From an uncultured Candidatus Saccharibacteria bacterium (GTDB lineage: Bacteria > Patescibacteriota > Minisyncoccia > Phycocordibacterales > UBA5272), in NCBI GenBank assembly GCA_964457775.1, contig CAYWEW010000005.1:5398-69397 (forward strand): a stretch of 64,000 nt of DNA, in the 5' to 3' direction. The notes beneath the pieces were generated by a model. That model saw only the letters and a list, made by a program, of their open reading frames with translations. It was not told the DNA's origin and made no database searches. A program made the position numbers and the translations under genes. Of the stretch, positions 47,333 through 56,944 are shown one piece after another (position 1 is the stretch's first letter; each line of letters begins with the position of its first letter).

Positions 47333-49135
47333 ATGGAAATTCGTAACTTTTCAATTATCGCGCATATCGACCACGGAAAATCTACTCTTGCAGATAGATT
47401 ACTTGAAGTTACATCAACTGTAGATAAGCGACACATGAAAGAACAAGTGCTCGATAGTATGGAGCTAGAACGTGAACGTGGTATTACAATCAAAATGACT
47501 CCTGTTCGAATGGACTGGAAGGAAAAAGATGGTAAGGAATATATTCTTAACCTTATAGATACACCAGGACACATAGATTTTTCATATGAAGTATCACGCG
47601 CCCTTCAAGCAGTTGAGGGGACACTCCTTCTTGTTGATTCTACACAAGGTGTACAAGCTCAGACACTTACAACACTTGAGATGGCAAAGAACTCTCACTT
47701 AACTATTATTCCTGTTATTACAAAGATAGATAGCCCACTAGCAAGAGCTGATGATGTGAGGGAAGAAATTATGGAGTTACTTAATTGTGAACTTGAAGAT
47801 ATTCTCGCGGTGTCAGGCAAGACTGGTGAAGGGGTAAAAGAATTGATTAGTGAAATTATCAAAAAAGTCCCAGCTCCAAAAAGTGAGTTCGGAGATGCGA
47901 CATTTAATCAGTCACGCGCTCTTATTTTTGATTTTGAATATAGTAATCACATGGGAGTTATTCTTTATGTTCGTGTTCTTGATGGAAATGTAAAAGCTGG
48001 AGACACATTACTATTCACTCAATCGAATCATAAATTTATTATTCGTGAAGTTGGAACATTTTCTCCAGCAAAAAAAGAAGGCAAAGTTATTGGCGCAGGT
48101 GAGATTGGATATATCGTAACTGGCATCAAAGAGCCAGGTATTGCGCGCGTTGGAGATACAGTAACAACAGCGTCACGTCCACTTACTGCTTTCCCTGGAT
48201 ATGCAGAACCTGTGCCGATTGTATTCGCCTCTGTTTATCCTGAGAGTCAGGACGAATTCGATGACTTAAGAAGTTCACTTTTCAAACTTAAACTTTCAGA
48301 CTCATCACTTACTTTTGAAGAAGAATCATCCGGCGCGTTAGGTCGAGGATTCCGTTGTGGTTTCCTTGGTATGCTTCACATGGAAATTATCACAGAAAGA
48401 TTGCGTCGTGAGTTTGATCAAGAGTTGGTAGTAACAACACCATCTATTACTTATGAAGTGACACTCAAGAACGGTGATGTAGAAATGGTTTATACACCGA
48501 TACATTTTCCTGATCATGGACAATATACCTCTGTCCGTGAACCGTGGATTTTATTGACCATTATCACCCCTCATGATTATGTAAGCCCACTTATGCAACT
48601 TTTCCCTCCACATGAGGCTACAGTGTCAGATTTGGCCGATTGGGGGCATGATAGAGTTCGAATTAAGTTACAAATGCCACTTCGTGAGCTCATGCGTAAC
48701 TTTTTCAATGAAGTAAAATCTGCCTCAAGTGGATATGCTTCCATTGTTTATGAACCATTAGAAATGCGACCAGCGGATGTAACGCGTCTTGATGTATATG
48801 TTGCTGAGGAGCGTGTTACTGCTTTTTCTCGTGTGATACCAGAATATCGTGACCGTGAAGAATCTGAAGAGGTTGTTGAGAAGCTGGAAAAAATTCTCCC
48901 GACAGAAATGTTCCGTGTGAAGATACAAGCATATGTAAGAGGACGAATTATCGCATCTCGTTCTATTGCTCCAATGAAAAAGGATGTAACAGGTTATATG
49001 TATGGAGGGGATATTACACGAAAGATGAAGCTGAGAGAGAAGCAAAAGAGAGGAAAAGATAGAATGGAAAGAGAAGGGAAGGTGCATATATCACATGATA
49101 CGTTCCTCCAAATGATGAAACCAGGGGAGAAGTAG
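47333..49135 (+). CDS. lepA: Elongation factor 4 (LepA)
   Basis: IRNFSIIAHIDHGKSTLADRLL, DTPGH, LepA-specific C-terminal domain. Confidence 0.9.
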   Translation: MEIRNFSIIAHIDHGKSTLADRLLEVTSTVDKRHMKEQVLDSMELERERGITIKMTPVRMDWKEKDGKEYILNLIDTPGHIDFSYEVSRALQAVEGTLLLVDSTQGVQAQTLTTLEMAKNSHLTIIPVITKIDSPLARADDVREEIMELLNCELEDILAVSGKTGEGVKELISEIIKKVPAPKSEFGDATFNQSRALIFDFEYSNHMGVILYVRVLDGNVKAGDTLLFTQSNHKFIIREVGTFSPAKKEGKVIGAGEIGYIVTGIKEPGIARVGDTVTTASRPLTAFPGYAEPVPIVFASVYPESQDEFDDLRSSLFKLKLSDSSLTFEEESSGALGRGFRCGFLGMLHMEIITERLRREFDQELVVTTPSITYEVTLKNGDVEMVYTPIHFPDHGQYTSVREPWILLTIITPHDYVSPLMQLFPPHEATVSDLADWGHDRVRIKLQMPLRELMRNFFNEVKSASSGYASIVYEPLEMRPADVTRLDVYVAEERVTAFSRVIPEYRDREESEEVVEKLEKILPTEMFRVKIQAYVRGRIIASRSIAPMKKDVTGYMYGGDITRKMKLREKQKRGKDRMEREGKVHISHDTFLQMMKPGEK

Positions 49136-49143
49136 AAATACAA

Positions 49144-49172
49144 AAGAGCGACCATGGGCCGCTCTTTTTTAT
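49144..49172. terminator. Bidirectional intrinsic terminator
   Basis: agagcgaccatgggccgctctttttt. Confidence 0.65.
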
Positions 49173-49186
49173 TTACCAATAATAAT

Positions 49187-49296
49187 TACTGAATCAGCGC
49201 AACAAGAGAGAATCCAACCATACCAACGATGGCAACGATAGAAACAATTGCCCAAATTTTGTTTATTAACTTTCTGTTTTTTGAAGTGAATATCAT
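49187..49296 (-). CDS. Small (36 aa) hydrophobic peptide, not in ORF track
   Basis: MIFTSKNRKLINKIWAIVSIVAIVGMVGFSLVALIQ; TATAAT-like element upstream on the minus strand; shares the terminator. Confidence 0.3.
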
Positions 49297-49358
49297 ATAT
49301 GTTTTACCTTAATACTCCTAAGTGAGTGTGGTATTATAGACGTAATAATAGCAATTTT

Positions 49359-49748
49359 ATGAAAGAATATCAACATAAGCACATGGTCAGAACTCTTATA
49401 TATTCAAGGGTTACAATTGTAATTTTGTTTTTGTTGATTATATTATTGCTTCGCTCAATTATGGAACTGAATGACAAACGTATAGAAGTTGCAAAGTTAC
49501 GTAATGATTCTTTAGCTGAAAGAAAGATATTAACTGACAAAGTTGCAAAGGCTCAAAAACAGAGTGATGAGATAGCAACACCTAGAGGATTCGAGTCATA
49601 TGTTCGAACAACTTATCCAGTGGTGAAAGAGGGTGAGGGGGTTATTGTAGTTTATGACGGTGATAAAAGTCCAGTGAGTCAAGTTAGACAAGACATGAAT
49701 GTGTGGGAGAGACTTTTGGTTTTATGGCATACCGTGGTTAAAAAATAA
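49359..49748 (+). CDS. Septum-formation initiator family (FtsB/DivIC-like)
   Basis: TM plus coiled-coil plus C-terminal ESYVRTTYPVVKEGEGVIVV (FtsB-like E.iAR..lg.v.pgE). The track GTG start at 49326 overlaps the -10 TGGTATTAT, so ATG 49359 is preferred. Confidence 0.5.
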   Translation: MKEYQHKHMVRTLIYSRVTIVILFLLIILLLRSIMELNDKRIEVAKLRNDSLAERKILTDKVAKAQKQSDEIATPRGFESYVRTTYPVVKEGEGVIVVYDGDKSPVSQVRQDMNVWERLLVLWHTVVKK

Positions 49749-49791
49749 TACAAGTTTGTCTCCTGTTTTTATTCTGTTATACTAATCAAAT

Positions 49792-50037
49792 ATGGAAACA
49801 AAAAAAGTAGAAATTTATAGTACTGTAACCTGTCACTTTTGTCATTTAGCAAAGGATTGGCTCACAGAAAAGGGTGTGCCTTATGTAGATTATAATGTTG
49901 GAGAAAATGTTGAGAAGAGAAAAGAAATGATGGAGATGACAGGGCAACTAGGGGTTCCTGTTATAAAAGTTGGAAATGAAGTTATGATTGGATTCAATCA
50001 GGAACAACTCGCGAAGATATTGGAGATAGCGGATTAA
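49792..50037 (+). CDS. Glutaredoxin-like protein (CHFC active site)
   Basis: VEIYSTVTCHFCHLAKDWL ... GVPVIKVGNEVMIGF. Confidence 0.85.
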   Translation: METKKVEIYSTVTCHFCHLAKDWLTEKGVPYVDYNVGENVEKRKEMMEMTGQLGVPVIKVGNEVMIGFNQEQLAKILEIAD

Positions 50038-50094
50038 ATCATAAAAATATTCTGAAAAACATACAGAAAGCTGTATGTTTTTTTGTTTTGCATT

Positions 50095-50180
50095 GTCGGT
50101 AAGAATTGGCCACGAAACTACTACACTTCGTTCGAAGTAGTTTCGCGACCCCGTTATTCGATTCCCACATAGAAGCCAAG
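50095..50180 (-). repeat. Palindromic repeat module (GGGAATCGAATAAC-GGGGTCGCGAAACTACTTCGAACGAAG...)
   Basis: Reverse complement matches the tRNA-trailer module (ggggattcgaataggggtcgcgaatctacttcgagcaaag). Contains a roughly 36-nt imperfect palindrome. Confidence 0.5.
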
Positions 50181-50333
50181 CAGTTGGCTTTTTCTTGGGT
50201 ATAACAAAAAAAGCTTTGCATATTTTTGTTGTGCACCCTCATGGTCTCGGAATTTTAGTAATTAGGCTCTGTAATGGTTTTTTGAAAGAAATTGGATAGT
50301 TAGATCTAACCCTCTCGGTCGGCTCATTAATTA

Positions 50334-51002
50334 TTATTTAATAAACTTAAAACTAGAAATTACTCTATTCAGAGTAGGGTCATTCGTTACACTAGTATCT
50401 TTGGGAGGAACTAATGATATTAGATACTCAACATTATTTTTTATTGTGCAATATTCCGTAAAACGAATACTAGAATTTGGTAAATCTTGAATTACATCTT
50501 GTTCTGTAAAATTAATACCATTAATAGATGTTTTGGTAAAAGATTTTCCACCCGCCTTAACACGAGAACAGTCCAGATTTTCGCCAGACATTATATTTAT
50601 CACAAATGAACCCTGAGAGTTTTCCTTTGAGTTAATGGGTTGAAATCTTATCGCATTATCATTTGGTCCGTACATATGTTCAGGTAATTTTGTTCCATCA
50701 ACATAATCTATCTGAAATCCATATTGAGGACTTGCATATGTTTTCCATTTTACATCTTGTGATTCAGTACTCTCAGTTATCACTGAATTTATTTGGCTAT
50801 TTTTTGAAGTGGTCAGTGTTGCTTGAGAATTTTGTACTAACGAAACATTATTAGTAACAGCTTGCTGAGTTACGATGGGTGATGTTTTTTTAAACCAGTG
50901 CCATGTTAATGGATTCCACCACGAAGCAAAAACTTGAGTTGTTAATCCAGTGGTAAGAATAAAAACAAAAGAGATTATTTTAATTTTTTTCATATACTCC
51001 AA
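50334..51002 (-). CDS. Secreted hypothetical protein
   Basis: Signal peptide MKKIKIISFVFILTTGLTTQVFA. Confidence 0.5.
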   Translation of the reverse strand: MEYMKKIKIISFVFILTTGLTTQVFASWWNPLTWHWFKKTSPIVTQQAVTNNVSLVQNSQATLTTSKNSQINSVITESTESQDVKWKTYASPQYGFQIDYVDGTKLPEHMYGPNDNAIRFQPINSKENSQGSFVINIMSGENLDCSRVKAGGKSFTKTSINGINFTEQDVIQDLPNSSIRFTEYCTIKNNVEYLISLVPPKDTSVTNDPTLNRVISSFKFIK

Positions 51003-51074
51003 TGATACCTTACTAACTGGTATTAAGAAAGTGATTTATGAGATTTAGGCCTCACGGTCTGTCTCACATGGTTG

Positions 51075-51146
51075 TGCCCTCGGCGGGAATCGAACCTACA
51101 ATAACTCCTTAGGACGGAGCAGTTATATCCATTTAACTACGAGGGC
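51075..51146 (-). tRNA. tRNA-Arg (anticodon CCU)
   Basis: Minus strand GCCCTCG ... anticodon loop gtCCTaa ... AGGTTCGATTCC ... CGAGGGCA. One A-C mismatch in the T-stem. Confidence 0.75.
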
Positions 51147-51217
51147 GTGTACGCACTTAAACGATTCTACCATATTTGTACTTTTGATGACATTAGAAAA
51201 TAGGATATACTTCAAAT

Positions 51218-51541
51218 ATGTTAGACAAACACATGAACAATGAGGAAAAACTGGAAGCAATTTATCAAATGACTTTGGAGAATAATGAGGTGTTGCGTAG
51301 TGTTCGTAGACAGCAATACATGTCGTCATTTTTTAGTGTTATTTATTGGCTTGTAATACTTGGTTCAATCGGAAGTGCGTATTATTTTATAAAACCATTT
51401 ATTCCAGTTATCTCATCTAATGTTGGTAAATTTGAAGAGACGATTGGTCAATTTAATCAAATAAGAAACCAAATGACAGACCCAGGATTACTTCAAGGTA
51501 TGATGAAAAATGTGGGTACTGGCACACAGTCAACGGAGTAG
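51218..51541 (+). CDS. Hypothetical membrane protein
   Basis: One hydrophobic helix (FFSVIYWLVILGSIGSAYYFI). Confidence 0.4.
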   Translation: MLDKHMNNEEKLEAIYQMTLENNEVLRSVRRQQYMSSFFSVIYWLVILGSIGSAYYFIKPFIPVISSNVGKFEETIGQFNQIRNQMTDPGLLQGMMKNVGTGTQSTE

Positions 51542-51612
51542 TTGTTGCATCTTTCGAAGTATTTGTTTTTATGATAGAATCTTAAGGACAGCTATTAGTT
51601 TACAGTTGTTAA

Positions 51613-51632
51613 CATGCTTGGTTAGCTCGAGA
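51613..51632 (+). repeat. Duplicated 5' fragment of tRNA-Phe (acceptor plus D-arm)
   Basis: atgcttggttagctcgag vs the tRNA-Phe 5' end atgcttggatagctcag. Confidence 0.55.
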
Positions 51633-51680
51633 AGCTTGGCTTCGAGGATGTCAAAAGTTAGTAAACTTTTGACCCGGTTG
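51627..51680 (+). repeat. Conserved hairpin element upstream of tRNA (copy b)
   Basis: cgagaagcttggcttcgaggatgtcaaaagttagtaaacttttgacccggttg. Confidence 0.55.
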
Positions 51681-51760
51681 TGAATCAGCAGATTCATGGC
51701 TTGGCCAAAAATAGATTGTTAAAACGTGAATATATAATGTCGGTGGTATAATTAAAATAT

Positions 51761-51833
51761 GCTTGGATAGCTCAGTTGGTAGAGCGCTTCCCTGAAGAGG
51801 AATAGGTCCCCAGTTCGAGCCTGGGTCCAAGCA
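51761..51833 (+). tRNA. tRNA-Phe (anticodon GAA), no encoded CCA
   Basis: GCTTGGATAGCTCAGTTGGTAGAGC ... loop ctGAAga ... CCCAGTTCGAGCCTGGG TCCAAGC A. Extended -10 TGGTATAAT ends 9 nt upstream. Confidence 0.85.
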
Positions 51834-51837
51834 CAAA

Positions 51838-51885
51838 ATACAAAAAGCGATGTCACATGATATCGCTTTTTGTATTTTGTGCTTG
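51838..51885. terminator. Perfect palindrome after tRNA-Phe
   Basis: caaaatacaaaaagcgatgtcacatgatatcgctttttgtattttg. Confidence 0.55.
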
Positions 51886-52061
51886 GACAGCAAGACAGAT
51901 TACTGTCTTGCGGCCGGCTCGAACGAAAAACCGGTCCACGAATTTATTTCAAAAAATAGGGTTCAGTATTTTTTGAAATAAATTTGTCGGTTTTTCTCGG
52001 GGTCGAGGATAGGAGATTTTGTTTGAGTCGTTAGACGAAAAAGAAAATCCCTAGCGGTGAC

Positions 52062-52085
52062 CGAGCCTGGGTCCAAGCATTTTAA
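52062..52085 (+). repeat. Duplicated 3' fragment of tRNA-Phe (T-loop 3' half plus acceptor)
   Basis: ccgagcctgggtccaagca vs the tRNA 3' end ttcgagcctgggtccaagca. Confidence 0.6.
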
Positions 52086-52132
52086 AAAACTCTAAACTGT
52101 GACCAATACTGGCCAAGATAAAATAAAACACC

Positions 52133-52567
52133 CTACATCTGTAGGGTGTCTGAAGATTGTTCAATTCCTGGCTCAACAGGAAGGTCATCTTTGCCAAATA
52201 AATGCATTCTTAGATATCCTGGTCCAGAAGGTGTGCATTTAATGTTTAAAGTAACAGGAATAAAATTGGACTCAAATAATTCATCAAGAGCAGAGTTGAA
52301 TTTCTTAGCTAAGTATTCATCACTTAGCACAAGTGGCACTGGTTTTTTGAAATAAATTTGTATATCGGTTGGTTCACTCAATGAGACAGCTTCAAGTAAA
52401 AATTTTCTCAAGTCTTCTGATGTTATTTCGTAAGCTGGCCTCACGAAAGTAATTTTCAGTGTGACCCCCATAAAAGTATGACCATGACGGAATTTCCATG
52501 AGTCCTGTGGGGTTAATTTACCATCACGTAATTTACGGAACTTTTCTCCAAATGTTTCATCCTTCAT
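52133..52567 (-). CDS. Hypothetical protein
   Basis: ORF only. Confidence 0.4.
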   Translation of the reverse strand: MKDETFGEKFRKLRDGKLTPQDSWKFRHGHTFMGVTLKITFVRPAYEITSEDLRKFLLEAVSLSEPTDIQIYFKKPVPLVLSDEYLAKKFNSALDELFESNFIPVTLNIKCTPSGPGYLRMHLFGKDDLPVEPGIEQSSDTLQM

Positions 52568-52699
52568 TTTGCTTTCCTTTCGTATTTTTGTGCAACTAAT
52601 CGTTATACTACTATATATTATGAAAATAACAACACTTGCATTTTTGATTTAATAAAGTAGTATAAAATTATAAGTAGTTCCTTCATTTTGGAGAAAAAC

Positions 52700-53521
52700 A
52701 TGACATCTAAAAATGCTAATAGAAATAAAGGTCAACCTTATGTTGGGGTCACTGATTTTACAAGTCGTGACCAAGTAATTGAAGCAAAGAAGTTTCTTGC
52801 ACCTCGCTCAATTCACAGATTACATGTTGGTGCCATGACCAGTTACAAGGTTCAAAATGGTATAAAAACATTTACTGGATGGGAAAATATTTGGCTCAAC
52901 GAAGAAGGTTTAAAAAAACTTTTTTCAGACGATGACGATGTTTTTAATGTCATTCATTATGCTGATTATGATAATCCTCCTTTAACTACTTCATTAGATT
53001 TACATGAAGCAATAAGGCGGTCTGGTCCTTACTTGCATGGATTGCAACTGGATATGGTTTGGCCAGAAGTAAAAATAGTTAAAGAAATAAAATCTCAACA
53101 TCCTTCAATTGAAATTATTTTGCAAATTGGGAAAGACGCAGTAAAAGAATTAGATAATTCACTAGAAAAAGTGTTAGAAAAAGCTTTGAATTATCTAGAC
53201 TGTGTCGATTATTTTCTTATAGATTTTTCTATGGGTAAAGGGGAGCCGCTTAATCCCGAGGTTACCTTGGAATATCTTAGGATGTTTACAAAAGTTATAC
53301 CCATTGAAAAAATTGCAATTGGAGGTGGGCTAGGACCAGAAACAACTCATTTGTTAAAACCAATTGTTGAAGTTTTTCCAAGAATTAGTTGGGATGCTCA
53401 AGGTCAAATGAGAAAACCAAAAAGCCAAACAACACCAATTGAAATGCCTCGCGTGATTAGTTATGTATATGAATCATCAATGCTTGCGTACGAAAGTTTA
53501 CAAGCAAAAAACCAGCAGTAA
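52700..53521 (+). CDS. TIM-barrel protein with weak TrpF (phosphoribosylanthranilate isomerase)-like motifs
   Basis: YLHGLQLD (cf. QLHG), FLIDFSMGKGEPL (cf. LD.G.GGSG), IAIGGGLGPETT (cf. LAGGL..N). ATG 52700 has a GGAG RBS; the track TTG 52688 is rejected. Weak assignment. Confidence 0.35.
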   Translation: MTSKNANRNKGQPYVGVTDFTSRDQVIEAKKFLAPRSIHRLHVGAMTSYKVQNGIKTFTGWENIWLNEEGLKKLFSDDDDVFNVIHYADYDNPPLTTSLDLHEAIRRSGPYLHGLQLDMVWPEVKIVKEIKSQHPSIEIILQIGKDAVKELDNSLEKVLEKALNYLDCVDYFLIDFSMGKGEPLNPEVTLEYLRMFTKVIPIEKIAIGGGLGPETTHLLKPIVEVFPRISWDAQGQMRKPKSQTTPIEMPRVISYVYESSMLAYESLQAKNQQ

Positions 53522-53616
53522 TGCTGGTTTTTACTTTCTAGATTTTTGTCACCTTGCATTTTTTGATAACTAAATGTAGTATCTTATTTATCGCTCATTA
53601 TTTGTGGAGATACATC

Positions 53617-53838
53617 ATGTCTGAGGTTCAAAGTTCAATGCAAAGATTTGTTCCAAATCAAATGCTAGCCCTTTTTCAAGAAGGTGAGCACGTTGATGAT
53701 TTGGAAGTAGTTTCTTTTTCAGAAAACAAAGATTTGCACAGCTCAGATACACTAAAAGTCAGAAGTCTAAAACTATACCCAGGAGAGGAAGTAGAATTTG
53801 TATTTTCTGGGCATGAATTTTCAAAAGGTGATGCATAG
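53617..53838 (+). CDS. Hypothetical small protein
   Basis: ATG with a GGAGA RBS; terminator at about 53911-53943. Confidence 0.3.
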   Translation: MSEVQSSMQRFVPNQMLALFQEGEHVDDLEVVSFSENKDLHSSDTLKVRSLKLYPGEEVEFVFSGHEFSKGDA

Positions 53839-53942
53839 CGCTCACTTTTTGAAAACCCAATGTATCAAGGTCAATGTATAAGCAGGCAAAGATATTCTTT
53901 TCTAGAAATCAAAAAACCGCAGTAATGCGGTTTTTGTTTTTG

Positions 53943-54515
53943 TTATATCGACTTCACCTTCAACTTCGTCTGTCTAGCCTTATCCACCTTCGGTAATCTG
54001 ATGATAAGTAGTCCGTGCTTCTCAACTGCTTCTGCTTCTTCAATTTCTACCTCATGTGGAAGTAGTATTGTTCTTGTAAAAGTTCCCCAATATAATTCCT
54101 TGTAGAAATAATCATCATGAGTAACTTGAGTATTACCATCACGACGTCCTTTGATAGTAACCATATCACGAGTGATAGATAGGTGAAGGTCCTCTGGTTT
54201 TACACCAGCAACCATGGCTTCAATAATAATTTCATTTGCTGTTTGATAAACATCAACAGAAAGTTCTCCTTCTTCCATGTCTGGATCAACTTCTTCCATA
54301 TCTTCATCAAGTGTTAAATGGCGTGACTTTGCACGTGTAGGAGTAACAGATACAGAAGTAGACTCTTGTCTCCTTGAAGCTGTATGTTTTATTGGAACTT
54401 CTTCGACTTCTTCTTCCAGTTCTTGTTCTGGTTGGAAGTCTACCTGTTCTTCTTCGTCGTCCACGCTTATAGAGCCAGCAAGACGTTCAAAAAATGATTT
54501 TTTTTCTTTAAGCAT
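53943..54515 (-). CDS. Hsp20/alpha-crystallin small heat-shock protein with acidic N-terminal extension
   Basis: Alpha-crystallin domain (LSVDVYQTANEIIIEAMVAGVKPEDLHLSITRDMVTIKGRR ... HGLLIIRLPK). Confidence 0.8.
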   Translation of the reverse strand: MLKEKKSFFERLAGSISVDDEEEQVDFQPEQELEEEVEEVPIKHTASRRQESTSVSVTPTRAKSRHLTLDEDMEEVDPDMEEGELSVDVYQTANEIIIEAMVAGVKPEDLHLSITRDMVTIKGRRDGNTQVTHDDYFYKELYWGTFTRTILLPHEVEIEEAEAVEKHGLLIIRLPKVDKARQTKLKVKSI

Positions 54516-54741
54516 AATAATAGACAGTTATTTGTGTATGTGTCTAGTATACAGCTTGTATTGTTTTAATTGTTAAAAGTTATACACACCCAAGGTAGTC
54601 GAAAGTTGAAAGTCTATAAAGTTGAAAGTAAATATAAAACACAAGTGGATAACAACAAAGTTGTTATCCACTTAGTATCACTTTAAAGACTTCGATTTAG
54701 CAAAATCGTGTCTTTGACATAAACACTTTATGGACTTTAGA

Positions 54742-56886
54742 CTAATTCCATTTGGTAACAATTAATAAATCATCTCCATCTCTTTTTATATATTTCCAAA
54801 TTTCTTCAGTAATAAATGGCATAAATGGATGAATGGTAATTATTTGTTCACGAAGAAGTTTAAGTAATAATGTTTGAGCACTTACTTTGTCTTTATTTTC
54901 AAGAATTCTTGTCTTACGAGTTTCAATTATTTCATCACAAAATACTTTCCAGAAATAATCATAAACTTTTTCTGAGGCTAGATGTAGGCGATAGTTTTCT
55001 AAATCACTCGTTATATCTTTATGCTTTTCTATCCATGCATCATACGTTGCTTGATCTTCATCGTTTAAAGCAACTTCTTTTTCAAAGTCCTCAGTTTTTT
55101 CAAGAACGAATCGTGTTGCATTCCATATCTTATTCGCAAATAATTTGTAGGCCTTAACTTTATCTTCCCCAAGCTTCAAATCATTTCCAGGGCCATTGGC
55201 AACAAGGAGAGACATACGAAGAGCATCGGTCCCATACTTCGTGGATAAGTCACGAGGGTCAAGAGCGTTATTCAATGACTTACTCATTTTGCGACCTTGA
55301 ACATCACGAACCATGCCGTGAAGATAAACGTGTTTAAAAGGGGCTTCGTTAAATACATACATGGAAGCTAGAATCATGCGAGCCACCCAAAAGAAAAGTA
55401 TGTCATGTCCAGTCTCAAGAAGTGTGGTTGGATGAAATGTTTTCATGTCATCAGTATTCTCTGGCCAACCAAGTGTCGAGAATGTCCAAAGGCCTGATGA
55501 GAACCATGTGTCTAATGTATCTTCATCTTGTACCCAACCATCTCCAGTTGGTGGATTAATATCACAATGTATTTCGTCTCCTTTATAATAAACAGGGATA
55601 CGATGGCCATACCAAATTTGACGACTAATACACCAGTCATGCAAGTTTTCAATCCAATGGAAATATATCTTTTCGAAATGTTCAGGAATAATTGTAGTAT
55701 CTTTATTCTCGACAGCTTTTCTCATCAAATTTTTGAGAGTCGTTTCTACTCCAAAATGTTTAAAAGGTTTGTTCACTGCAATCCACCATTGTAACTTTGG
55801 TAATGGTTCAATTACACCGCCAGTACGTTCAGCTGTTGGAATATTTTGAGTTACATCTTCTTCACTAATAATTAAATTATTTTCTTTTAACCAGTTCACA
55901 ATATATTCACGTGCATCCGCTACTTTTTTGCCGTTCAACTCTTCATTTGCTAGTCCATACATCTTAGCGTATTCGTTAATCACTTGTTTCACAGGCAAGT
56001 TGTGGCGTTCTTTGATTTCCCAGTCTATTTGACTATGTGCCGGCGTTACACCGAGCGCTCCTGTTCCAAAATCTTTTTCTACTGCACTATCAGCAATAAC
56101 TTTTATTGTAATAGGACATCCTGCGAACACGACATTGTATTCTTTGCCAACATATTCTTTATATCTATCATCATCTGGGTGCACAGCAACTGCCACATCA
56201 CCAACTTTTGTTTCTGGTCGAGTAGATGAAATAGCAATAGGGAAGTCAGTGCTATATTTGAATGTATACATTTTTCCTTTTCTTTCTTCAGATACTGTTT
56301 CATCATCACTGATGGTGGTTTGACCTTTCGGGTCCCAGTTCACAATTCTTTGTCCACGATAAATTAATCCATCGTCATACATTTTCTTAAACATGGTCCT
56401 AACTGCGAGATTTCTTTTATCATCGAGTGTGAATGCGAGTCTTGACCAATCTAAAGACGCTCCCATTATTTTAGATTGTGAGATTATTGTCTTTTGGCTT
56501 TCAAGGGCGAATTCATTAATACGTTTTAGCATTTCTTCACGTCCGATGTCGTGGCGAGATTTTCCTTCATCTTTATATATTTTCTTTTCTACAACAGATT
56601 GAGTGGCAATAGCAGCATGGTCTGTTCCAGGAAGCCATAATGTCTTATATCCTGCCATGCGTTTATATCTAATGAGTGTGTCTTGTATAGCAAGCATAAT
56701 AGCGTGGCCAGTATGCAGTGTCCCAGTTACATTCGGTGGGGGAAGAACAATAGAGTATGATTCTTTTCTTTCACCAGGTAAATTGTTCGGATTGAAATAA
56801 CCACTCTTTTCCCACATATCATAGAGAGATGATTCAACTGTTTCTGCATTGAAAGGTTTATTTAGTTGTTCTGGGACTTGTTTCAT
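54742..56886 (-). CDS. valS: Valine--tRNA ligase (lacking C-terminal coiled-coil)
   Basis: PPPNVTGTLHTGHA (HIGH) and GRKMSKSLNN (KMSKS). Class I editing-type synthetase core. Confidence 0.85.
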   Translation of the reverse strand: MKQVPEQLNKPFNAETVESSLYDMWEKSGYFNPNNLPGERKESYSIVLPPPNVTGTLHTGHAIMLAIQDTLIRYKRMAGYKTLWLPGTDHAAIATQSVVEKKIYKDEGKSRHDIGREEMLKRINEFALESQKTIISQSKIMGASLDWSRLAFTLDDKRNLAVRTMFKKMYDDGLIYRGQRIVNWDPKGQTTISDDETVSEERKGKMYTFKYSTDFPIAISSTRPETKVGDVAVAVHPDDDRYKEYVGKEYNVVFAGCPITIKVIADSAVEKDFGTGALGVTPAHSQIDWEIKERHNLPVKQVINEYAKMYGLANEELNGKKVADAREYIVNWLKENNLIISEEDVTQNIPTAERTGGVIEPLPKLQWWIAVNKPFKHFGVETTLKNLMRKAVENKDTTIIPEHFEKIYFHWIENLHDWCISRQIWYGHRIPVYYKGDEIHCDINPPTGDGWVQDEDTLDTWFSSGLWTFSTLGWPENTDDMKTFHPTTLLETGHDILFFWVARMILASMYVFNEAPFKHVYLHGMVRDVQGRKMSKSLNNALDPRDLSTKYGTDALRMSLLVANGPGNDLKLGEDKVKAYKLFANKIWNATRFVLEKTEDFEKEVALNDEDQATYDAWIEKHKDITSDLENYRLHLASEKVYDYFWKVFCDEIIETRKTRILENKDKVSAQTLLLKLLREQIITIHPFMPFITEEIWKYIKRDGDDLLIVTKWN

Positions 56887-56944
56887 GATGTGTATGTGAT
56901 ATTATAATTGCTATTCTTATATTACTAATAATACTATCATATCT

